Assembly (NCBI GenBank): GCA_015061915.1 | Contig: SUVR01000011.1 | Span: forward strand, 22,972 to 86,971 | Direction: 5' to 3' | Source: Lentisphaerota bacterium | GTDB taxonomy: Bacteria > Verrucomicrobiota > Lentisphaeria > Victivallales > UBA1829 | Length of the DNA: 64,000 nucleotides | Shown here: positions 56,916 through 64,000 of the stretch, piece after piece | Layout of the letters: every line of letters starts with the position of its first letter | How positions within the stretch are numbered: position 1 is the first letter of the stretch | Position numbers and translations under genes: made by a program | Notes under the pieces: generated by a model | Seen by the model: the letters and a program-made list of their open reading frames with translations, nothing else | What the model was told of the DNA's origin: nothing | The model's database searches: none

Positions 56916-58061
56916 ATGTTTACGAAACTGACAGAACTGATGGACCACATGCTGGAGATGGGCATCCCCGGCACCGGAATCGTGGTGAAGCAGCACGGAA
57001 AAGAGATCTACCGCTATGTGAACGGTTATTCCGACCGGGAAAACAGGATCCCCATGCGGGGCGATGAGCGTTTCTACATCTATTCCTGCTCGAAAGTCGC
57101 AACTTGTACTGCAGCGCTGATGCTCTGGGAACAGGGAAAGTACGATCTCGATGATGATCTGGGCAAGTATATGCCGGAATATTACGATATTACTGTCGGG
57201 ACGGAAGATGGACCCCGTCCGGCGAACACAAAAATCAAGATCCGCGACCTGTTCCGCATGACCAGCGGGCTGGACTACTGGCTGACCTGTCCTCCCCTCG
57301 TGGAAGCGGTGGAAAAGACCGGCGGACGCTGTCCCACCCGGGAAACGATTGCTTATCTGGCGAAACACCCGCTGATCTGCGACCCCGGCACAGAGTGGCA
57401 TTACAGTTTGTCCCACGACGTCCTTGCGGCGCTGGTGGAAGTCATTTCCGGCGAAAAGTTTGAAGATTTTGTGCAGAAAAATATCTTTGCGCCTCTGGGA
57501 ATCACCCATTCCACCTTCATCGCCCGGGAAGCCGATCTTCCCACCATTGCGCCCCTCTATCGGAACAATCAGAAGCCGGGCGAAGACAAGCCCCGGATCG
57601 AGATTTTTGAAAGAGGCAATGAGTATCAGCTCGGTCCGGAATACGCCAGCGGCGGTGCGGGCTGCGTTTCCACGCTGGATGATTACAGCACCTTCCTCGA
57701 AGGGCTGAAGGACGGCAAACTCCTGAAGCCGGAAACGCTCAAGATCATGACCACGGACCAGATCTGCAACGAAGGTCAGCGCAAGACCCACGACCAGTGG
57801 TGCGGCAGCGGGACCTACGGATACGGCCTGGGCGTGCGGTGTCCGCCTTCCGAGGGCGAAGTGCTGGTGACGGACTTCGGCTGGGGCGGTGCCGCCGGAG
57901 CTTATCTGGCGATCGATCCCGCGTACGATCTGACGGTCTTCTATGTTCAGCACGTTCTCATGTCTCCCAACGCGCCGCTGCGCAGTAAGATCCTGCCTAC
58001 CATCAAGGAGTGTCTGACCGGCGCAGAAGCTGCCACCGGCGCCCATCGGGACGGCATTTGA
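56916..58061 (+). CDS. Serine hydrolase, beta-lactamase (class C / PBP-like) family
   Basis: 381 aa with the SxxK motif (YSCSKVAT), a YSLSHD (YxN-like) motif, and a TTGAAA-N16-TACATT promoter upstream. Confidence 0.8.
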   Translation: MFTKLTELMDHMLEMGIPGTGIVVKQHGKEIYRYVNGYSDRENRIPMRGDERFYIYSCSKVATCTAALMLWEQGKYDLDDDLGKYMPEYYDITVGTEDGPRPANTKIKIRDLFRMTSGLDYWLTCPPLVEAVEKTGGRCPTRETIAYLAKHPLICDPGTEWHYSLSHDVLAALVEVISGEKFEDFVQKNIFAPLGITHSTFIAREADLPTIAPLYRNNQKPGEDKPRIEIFERGNEYQLGPEYASGGAGCVSTLDDYSTFLEGLKDGKLLKPETLKIMTTDQICNEGQRKTHDQWCGSGTYGYGLGVRCPPSEGEVLVTDFGWGGAAGAYLAIDPAYDLTVFYVQHVLMSPNAPLRSKILPTIKECLTGAEAATGAHRDGI

Positions 58062-58078
58062 TCTGACTTTGTGAGGGA

Positions 58079-58098
58079 AGAAAAAAGGGAAAATTTTT
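58079..58098 (+). repeat. Left copy of the 20-bp direct repeat AGAAAAAAGGGAAAATTTTT
   Basis: It is identical to 60363-60382. Confidence 0.95.
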
Positions 58099-58206
58099 GT
58101 AGCTTCATGCAAGATTATAGTTGCTTTTGACGCAAGGTTTATCGGCTGGAGATGGTGCTACTATGGCTCTTTTTTTAATTGAAGCGTTTTATATGAAAGG
58201 ATGACA

Positions 58207-58767
58207 ATGAGATTTAAGGAAATTCATGGTGTAGAGGAATTTGATTTAATGGATGATAGTAAATATCTGAAGCATGGAGGTATCTTTCTAAAAGAATTTA
58301 TTGATAGTGTTTCAGATAACTTGGAAATTTATAAGAAGTCTAAAAGCAGGTTTAAAGTAGAAATAGAATTTCATACATGGGACTTTACGAAAAAATCTAC
58401 TTTTGAAAATGATGTTCTTGCTGTAGAAGATGTTTTTAAGGCGGACAAGCGTGTCTCAATAGACGATATACTCTCGTTTATTCTTACTTCGATGAAAACG
58501 TGTTTTGACATACATAAGCGTGAATCCTTTGCAAATGATGCATCGATTTCCATTAAAATTACTAATGAGCGTAACGGAAGAACTTATATACATAAAGAGT
58601 GCAACCCCGTTTTAACTTATGTCCATTATAAGTTAACCGAGGAAAAAGACTCTAATTTCAGAGACTATATAAAAGTCGTACAATTCTTCATTGGAGATTG
58701 GGGGAAGCGTATGCACTTTTTTAATAGCACTCACATTAGATTAGAGCACGAAGGAACTGATATATGA
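58207..58767 (+). CDS. Orphan protein (~186 aa), no recognisable motif
   Basis: ATGs occur at 58201 and 58207. GAAAGG abuts the first, so 58207 has the better spacing. The protein is soluble with no TM or signal peptide. Its stop overlaps the helicase start (ATGA). Confidence 0.7.
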   Translation: MRFKEIHGVEEFDLMDDSKYLKHGGIFLKEFIDSVSDNLEIYKKSKSRFKVEIEFHTWDFTKKSTFENDVLAVEDVFKADKRVSIDDILSFILTSMKTCFDIHKRESFANDASISIKITNERNGRTYIHKECNPVLTYVHYKLTEEKDSNFRDYIKVVQFFIGDWGKRMHFFNSTHIRLEHEGTDI

Positions 58768-60248
58768 TTATGTTAAGACCTTATCAGACAGAATCAATCA
58801 ATAAAATCGCAGAGAAGAACGGAAGACTTCTTGTAAACGCTCCTTGCGGTTCAGGTAAGACTTTCATCGCTCTTTATCTTCGTAAGCAGTACCCCGGTCT
58901 CAAGAAAGTCCTCATCATCTGCCCTGCGTCAGTTAAACTCCAGTGGGCAGAAGTAATTAAGGAGACTTTCCCCTCCGATACAGTTCACATTGCGAAAGGT
59001 GCTTATAAGAATGAATACGCTCACAATATTATCAATTCAGACTTCGTAATCATCAATTACGATATTCTGTTCAGTAGAAATGCTGAACGATCTTGGACTG
59101 ATATGCTTAAGCGAGCGGGATTTACTCTTATGGTAGTTGATGAATCACACAACTTAGCGAATAAGGAATCAAACAGGTCTCAGTGTGTACACGAACTTGC
59201 GAAGGAGATTAAATACAGAATCCTTCTTACAGCAACTCCTATCACAAGTAATATCTCGGGACTTTGGGGACAGCTTCATATCCTTGATCCACTTGAGTTT
59301 ACATCTCTCAATAAGTTTTTGAACTACTTCGCCCCCCCAGATTCTCAGACAATTATTGCCAAAAGCGGTAAGCATGTGAGAGATGCATTGAAGACATTTC
59401 AACCGCAGCTCAACAAGTTTTTGGACTACTGCACTCCCCCTGTTCCTCAGACGACTATTGCAAAAGGCGGTAAGTGTGTGAGAGACAGAAAACCGGGGGC
59501 TGTAAAACATCTCGACGAGTTGCAGGGACTTATCCGTGAATACTGTTACGTAATTAGCCCTGATGAAGTCTATAAGCACCTCGCAGGTGTTCAGAGAATC
59601 AATGTTCCCTGTGTAGTTGAGAGCAAGCGAGTTTCTGATATGCTTTCTAAACTCAAAAGACATTCTCTCAGTAACAGTTCTGATGAGAAGAAAGCGAAGG
59701 AACTGCTCGCCTCCACTCGTATGGAACTTGGTAAGGCTAAGGTTGATGCAGGTGTTGCTTGGATTAAGGACTGGCTAAATGGAACTGATGAAAAGATTGT
59801 AGTGTTCGCATACCATCGTTCCGTAGTTGAACTTACAGCGGAAAGACTTGGAAATGTTGCTGTCAAGTTCTACGGTGGTATGTCAACAACAGAGAAGAAC
59901 AACGCTGTGAACGCTTTCGTTAACAATCCTGATGTAAGAGTCATCGTGATGAATATGGCGGCTTGTACAGGCGTTGACGGATTGCAGTTGGCTCGCGCTT
60001 GTTTCTATATGGAGAACACATCTCTTGCGTCTCTGTATCAGCAGTCTGAAGGGCGTATCAGAAGAACGAACAGTACTTATGATGCGTACTTTGCTTACAG
60101 ATTGGTAGCGGATGTGCTTGACCCTCAGATTCTCAGCGTGATGAATAGCAGATGGGAGATGACTGACGCTATCATGACTGGAGGAGAGATCACTACTAAT
60201 GGAAATGATGAACTTGAAGTTATTAAGAGATTGCAGAAAGGAGAATGA
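58764..60248 (+). CDS. Compact SNF2-family (SF2) helicase/ATPase, 494 aa
   Basis: LRPYQ (Q-like motif), motif I NAPCGSGKT, motif II VVDESHNL, motif III LLTATPI, motif V MAACTGVDG, motif VI QQSEGRIRR. It has an in-frame internal tandem duplication between motifs III and IV. Confidence 0.85.
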   Translation: MIMLRPYQTESINKIAEKNGRLLVNAPCGSGKTFIALYLRKQYPGLKKVLIICPASVKLQWAEVIKETFPSDTVHIAKGAYKNEYAHNIINSDFVIINYDILFSRNAERSWTDMLKRAGFTLMVVDESHNLANKESNRSQCVHELAKEIKYRILLTATPITSNISGLWGQLHILDPLEFTSLNKFLNYFAPPDSQTIIAKSGKHVRDALKTFQPQLNKFLDYCTPPVPQTTIAKGGKCVRDRKPGAVKHLDELQGLIREYCYVISPDEVYKHLAGVQRINVPCVVESKRVSDMLSKLKRHSLSNSSDEKKAKELLASTRMELGKAKVDAGVAWIKDWLNGTDEKIVVFAYHRSVVELTAERLGNVAVKFYGGMSTTEKNNAVNAFVNNPDVRVIVMNMAACTGVDGLQLARACFYMENTSLASLYQQSEGRIRRTNSTYDAYFAYRLVADVLDPQILSVMNSRWEMTDAIMTGGEITTNGNDELEVIKRLQKGE

Positions 60249-60362
60249 ATCCCTGAAATGATATGAATTTATCGCCAGCACGGAATATAAATAATTTTTT
60301 AGTAGTAGATGCCAAGTTTCCCTTTGAGAACCGGATTTTTTTCTTTTATCAAGAATATAATG

Positions 60363-60382
60363 AGAAAAAAGGGAAAATTTTT
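60363..60382 (+). repeat. Right copy of the 20-bp direct repeat AGAAAAAAGGGAAAATTTTT
   Basis: It is identical to 58079-58098. Confidence 0.95.
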
Positions 60383-60393
60383 ATGGGTCACTC

Positions 60394-60422
60394 TTGAAAA
60401 TAATTTTCATTAGTGATATATT
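60394..60422 (+). promoter_or_regulatory. Promoter of the IclR-family gene
   Basis: TTGAAA, 17 nt, TATATT, immediately right of the island border. Confidence 0.45.
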
Positions 60423-60455
60423 GAACGGGAAATAAACTCAGTTCAGGAGATTTTT

Positions 60456-61229
60456 ATGGCAAAAAAACAGACAGCAAAAAGCCCGTCGTATCTGGTCCCC
60501 GCATTGGAACGGGGCTTGAAAATATTGGAACTGCTGGCAGAAAATCCCGGCGGACTGCTCATGGGTGAGATGGGGGCGCTGGATCTGCCGTCCGCCAGCC
60601 TCTACCGGATGCTGGTCACCCTGACGGAAATGGGGTATGTTGTGCGGGACAACGGGGACCGCTATCATCTCGGCAGAAAACTGCTGACTCTCGGGTACAA
60701 GGGGCTGGATCACGCAGGGCTGCCGGAGAAATCCGCCGCACCCATGCGTGCGCTGCGGAATGCGGTCAATGAAACGGTCGTGCTTGGGGTGCTGTCCGGC
60801 GGGGAAGGGGTCGTGCTGGATACGGTCCGGTCGGAGCAGGCGGTTTGCGTTTCGGTGCGGATCGGACATCATTTTCCTCTGCATACGGCGGCTCCGGCGA
60901 AAGCGATCCTGGCGTTTCTGCCGGAAGATGAACTGGAAAGTCAGTTGAAAAAGATTGTTTACACCAAGTTTACGGACCGGACCCTCACCAGCCGGAAAGC
61001 CCTGCTTGCGGAGCTGAAAAAAGTCCGGAGCGAGGGCGTGGCGTACGATCTCGGGGAGGAAATCAGCGATCTGCGCTGTGTTGCCGCTCCCGTGTTTGAC
61101 AGCCGGTCTTATCCGGTGGGTGCGATCTGGATCACGGGACCGGAATCCCGTTTGAACGAAGAAAAATTGCGGTCGATGGCGGCACAGGTGAAAGCGACGG
61201 CGGATCAGATCGGCTTAAATATTATCTGA
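60456..61229 (+). CDS. IclR-family transcriptional regulator
   Basis: 257 aa with an N-terminal wHTH (ALERGLKILELL) and a C-terminal IclR effector-binding domain. Confidence 0.9.
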   Translation: MAKKQTAKSPSYLVPALERGLKILELLAENPGGLLMGEMGALDLPSASLYRMLVTLTEMGYVVRDNGDRYHLGRKLLTLGYKGLDHAGLPEKSAAPMRALRNAVNETVVLGVLSGGEGVVLDTVRSEQAVCVSVRIGHHFPLHTAAPAKAILAFLPEDELESQLKKIVYTKFTDRTLTSRKALLAELKKVRSEGVAYDLGEEISDLRCVAAPVFDSRSYPVGAIWITGPESRLNEEKLRSMAAQVKATADQIGLNII

Positions 61230-61256
61230 AAACAATCTTTCGGAAAGGAATAAAAA

Positions 61257-61976
61257 ATGGAAATTTCAGGCGCAAAGATCATTGTGACAGGCGGTTCGGA
61301 TGGATACGGCAAGGGCATTGCCAAGATGTTGAAAGCTGCCGGGGCGCAGGTGTGGATCACCGGACGGAACGGGGCGAAACTGCAGGCGGCAGCATCCGAA
61401 CTGGGCGTGGATTATCTGGTGGCGGATGTGACCAATCCGGATGATTGGGACCGGGTCTTTGCTGCAACGGGCTGTCCGGACGTGCTGGTGAACAATGCCG
61501 GGGCGGGCGGGAAGATCGCACCTGTGGCGGAACAGAGCGATGAGGACATCATCCGGACCATCAATATCAACCTGACCGGAACGATTCTGGGCTGTCGCCG
61601 TGCGGCTGCGATGATGTGCAAGCGGGGCAGCGGCATGATCATCAATATTTCCAGCGTCTGCGCTCTTTATGCGTGGCCTGCATGGAGTGTTTATACCGCA
61701 GCCAAAGCCGGACTTGCCAAGTTCAGCCATGGTCTTTACACCGAACTGCGCCCCTATGGGGTCCGGGTGAGCTGTGTCACGCCCAGCTGGGGACAGACCA
61801 ATTTCAACAACGCTGCGCAGATCTGCGGAGCTTCGGAAGACCCGGAAATGGCGAAAAAATGTACCGCACCGGAAGAATTGGGCGCCATCATCTGCCAGTT
61901 GATCGGTCAGCCGGATCATCTGGCGGTGCCGGACATTACGATCCAGCCTATGATCCAGGATATTTCCCCCATGTAA
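61257..61976 (+). CDS. SDR-family oxidoreductase
   Basis: TGGSDGYGKG, NNAG and YTAAK motifs. Confidence 0.85.
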   Translation: MEISGAKIIVTGGSDGYGKGIAKMLKAAGAQVWITGRNGAKLQAAASELGVDYLVADVTNPDDWDRVFAATGCPDVLVNNAGAGGKIAPVAEQSDEDIIRTININLTGTILGCRRAAAMMCKRGSGMIINISSVCALYAWPAWSVYTAAKAGLAKFSHGLYTELRPYGVRVSCVTPSWGQTNFNNAAQICGASEDPEMAKKCTAPEELGAIICQLIGQPDHLAVPDITIQPMIQDISPM

Positions 61977-61991
61977 GAAGGGAGGCGGATC

Positions 61992-63917
61992 ATGGCGAAT
62001 CTTTTTCTGGAAGCGGAATCTTTTGCAGAGCGCGGCGGCTGGGTGATCGACTGCGCCTCCATGCACAAAATGGGGTCGGCATACCTGATGGCGCATGGGG
62101 CGGGCGTTCCCGTGGCGGATGCGGTAACGGAGATCAATATTGAGCGTGACGGCGTGTACTCTCTCTATGTCCGGACACGGGATTGGTCGGCAGTTTGGGG
62201 GCGCGGCACTTCCGCCGGACGCTTTCAGGTGCTTCTGGATGGCGCAGACACCGGAACTGTTTTCGGGACAAACGGTGCGGACTGGGCGTGGCAGTATGGC
62301 GGAAAAGTGACGCTCTCCGCCGGAAAACATAGTATCTCCCTCCACGACCTGACCGGATTCAACGGAAGATGTGATGCCCTCTATCTGATCGATGATCCGC
62401 AGGATGTTCCCCCCGATGACGGCGAGGCGCTGGAACAGTTCCGCCGGGAGCGCTGCGGGATCGTGGTGGAAGATGTGGAAACGGAATATGATCTTGTGGT
62501 GGCGGGTGGCGGCATTGCCGGAATCGTGACGGCGCTGGCTGCGGCTCGGCTGGGATTGCGGTCCGTCTGTCTGCAGGATCGACCTGTCCCCGGCGGCTGC
62601 AACAGCTCCGAGATCCGTGTTCCGCTGGGCGGTCTGACTCATGTGGGACCATACCCGAATCTGGGCAATACGGTGCGGGAGATTGCCCCCATCTTCCTTC
62701 TGCCGGGAGCGATGGCACCGGAATGTTACGAGGATAACCGGAAGATCCGGGCGTTTCAGGTCCATTGCGCCGGAAAGACGGAACTGCGTCTGAACGAACG
62801 GGTTGTCCGGATCGAGACCGATCCTGCCGATCCGGCGATCATCCGGTCCGTCATCACCCGCAGTACGGTGGACGGCTCGGAACGCCGCTGCAAAGGCAGA
62901 CTTTTCTCCGACTGTACCGGTGACGGCACCGTGGCGTATGCTGCCGGCGCTTCGTTCATGTACGGCACGGAGGGCAGGGCGGTTTTCGGGGAATCACTGA
63001 CCCCGCCGGAAACGAACAGGGAAGTTATGGGGCTTTCCGTTCTCTGGACCAGCGTGGAGGAAGCCGCGGAACAGCCGTTCCCCGATATCGACTGGGGCGT
63101 GGAATTCACGGAGGATAACTGTTACTACCGGACCAGCGGCGACTGGGAAACGGAGACCGGGCAGTACCGGGATCAGGCGGAGGAGATCGAGTATATCCGG
63201 GACTATTCCCTGATGACCACGTTCGGGAACTGGTCCTACCTGAAAAATCATTCCGCGAAAAAAGCGGACTTCGCCCGGCGCCGGATCGACTGGATCTCCA
63301 GCTGCGGCGGGAAACGGGAAAGCCGCCGGTTCATCGGCGATACCATCATGACCCAGCAGGATATTGAAGAACAGCGCAAGCCGGTCGACGGCACCGGGTG
63401 CATCACCTGGTCCATTGACCTGCACTATCCCGAACCGGAGAATCTGCGCCGTTTTGCCGAACCTTTCCGCAGCTGCGCCTACCACCGGTGTCTGCCGGAC
63501 TACGCGCCGGTGCCGTACCGCTGTCTTTACAGCAAAGATGTGAAGAATCTCTTTCTCGGCGGCAGACTGATCTCCCTCTCCCACGTGGCGTTTTCTGCGG
63601 TGCGTGTCATGCGGACTCTGGGCGTGCTGGGGGAAGTGGTTGCCATGGCGGCGAAAGTCTGCTGCGAAAAGGATATTCTGCCCCGGGAAGTTGGCACGGA
63701 ACATCTGGACCGACTGAAAGAACTGATGTCTGCGGGCGTACCCGTTCCGGAAGAGTTCCATTGCAGCGCCATCGGCGGCTGGGAATCCTATCATTTCAAA
63801 GAGATCGGACACCTTTCCTACAACGGATCAGGCAGGACCTATGATCTGCCGGAGCAGCTTCAGAAAGATATTCTGCAGTTGAAACGGGACCACCTTCACC
63901 CCGAAACGGGCAAGTGA
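61992..63917 (+). CDS. FAD-dependent oxidoreductase (PF12831-like) with an N-terminal beta-sandwich/CBM-like domain
   Basis: It has the dinucleotide-binding motif DLVVAGGGIAGIVTALAAA after a ~150-aa N-terminal domain. The architecture is common in glycan-utilisation loci. Confidence 0.7.
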   Translation: MANLFLEAESFAERGGWVIDCASMHKMGSAYLMAHGAGVPVADAVTEINIERDGVYSLYVRTRDWSAVWGRGTSAGRFQVLLDGADTGTVFGTNGADWAWQYGGKVTLSAGKHSISLHDLTGFNGRCDALYLIDDPQDVPPDDGEALEQFRRERCGIVVEDVETEYDLVVAGGGIAGIVTALAAARLGLRSVCLQDRPVPGGCNSSEIRVPLGGLTHVGPYPNLGNTVREIAPIFLLPGAMAPECYEDNRKIRAFQVHCAGKTELRLNERVVRIETDPADPAIIRSVITRSTVDGSERRCKGRLFSDCTGDGTVAYAAGASFMYGTEGRAVFGESLTPPETNREVMGLSVLWTSVEEAAEQPFPDIDWGVEFTEDNCYYRTSGDWETETGQYRDQAEEIEYIRDYSLMTTFGNWSYLKNHSAKKADFARRRIDWISSCGGKRESRRFIGDTIMTQQDIEEQRKPVDGTGCITWSIDLHYPEPENLRRFAEPFRSCAYHRCLPDYAPVPYRCLYSKDVKNLFLGGRLISLSHVAFSAVRVMRTLGVLGEVVAMAAKVCCEKDILPREVGTEHLDRLKELMSAGVPVPEEFHCSAIGGWESYHFKEIGHLSYNGSGRTYDLPEQLQKDILQLKRDHLHPETGK

Positions 63918-64000
63918 TCACCGGAATTGTTTGCGGTAACTGCCGGGCGTGATGCCGGAAAGTTTGTGAAATTCCCTGCTGAAATGGAACGCATCGGAAA
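63918..64000 (-). CDS. AraC-family regulator, C-terminal fragment (the rest lies outside the window)
   Basis: The minus-strand translation SDAFHFSREFHKLSGITPGSYRKQFR* is the canonical end of the AraC HTH domain. Confidence 0.6.
   Translation of the reverse strand, partial: SDAFHFSREFHKLSGITPGSYRKQFR

Larger units (their letters stand above)
58099..60382 (+). mobile_element. 2.3-kb AT-rich inserted island (two-gene cargo; no recombinase) bounded by 20-bp direct repeats
   Basis: GC drops sharply (roughly 35-40% against ~57% in both flanks, by eye). A perfect 20-bp direct repeat sits at both borders. The flanking genes are ordinary high-GC chromosomal genes. Confidence 0.6.

Noticed and set aside
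61266-62765. 499-aa minus-strand ORF
   Set aside because: It is antisense across the SDR and FAD-oxidoreductase genes. It is Arg/Pro/His-rich, which marks it as a GC-skew artefact.

Overview
This 64-kb chromosomal segment is about 55-58% GC by eye and comes from a Gram-negative, apparently anaerobic, glycan-degrading bacterium. Gene content resembles PVC-superphylum (Lentisphaerae/Kiritimatiellae-like) genomes, but that is inference only.

Most of the window (1-53 kb and 60.4-64 kb) is ordinary core genome:
- Replication: a polB 3' fragment and dnaX.
- tRNA and translation: serS, trmB, trmO, tsaD.
- One-carbon and cofactor metabolism: an RpiB-GlyA fusion, metH, an MTHFR-like gene, and thiC behind a TPP riboswitch.
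- Envelope: murC, an LpxL-like acyltransferase, and dsbD.
- Other housekeeping: ispH, ppk1 and ppx, an ETF plus FAD-oxidase (lactate-type) operon, and tyrA.
- Several glycoside-hydrolase-like genes.
- An ExbB-ExbD-ExbD operon headed by two TPR proteins.

Many genes are preceded by a recognisable TTGAMA-N16/17-TATATT promoter.

The accessory, unusual part is 53.1-60.4 kb:
- tRNA-Gln(CUG) is followed by three tandem ~86-bp units that each re-create the tRNA 3' end with a hairpin inserted in the T-loop.
- An AT-rich spacer carries a small orphan ORF.
- Several tandem or inverted short-repeat arrays lie around a FabK/NMO-like gene and a PerR-rubrerythrin pair.
- A 2.3-kb strongly AT-rich insertion (about 35-40% GC by eye) is bounded by a perfect 20-bp direct repeat. 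It contains only two translationally coupled genes: an orphan ~186-aa protein and a compact SNF2-family helicase.

That cassette is my best candidate for an undescribed, horizontally acquired (defence-like or mobile) system.

Other points worth follow-up:
- An A9 slippery run in dnaX, with stops close by in both alternative frames.
- The RpiB-GlyA fusion.
- An SGNH hydrolase with a ribbon-helix-helix-like tail.
- A nested palindromic element between two convergent genes.

No CRISPR array, integrase, transposase or rRNA was seen.
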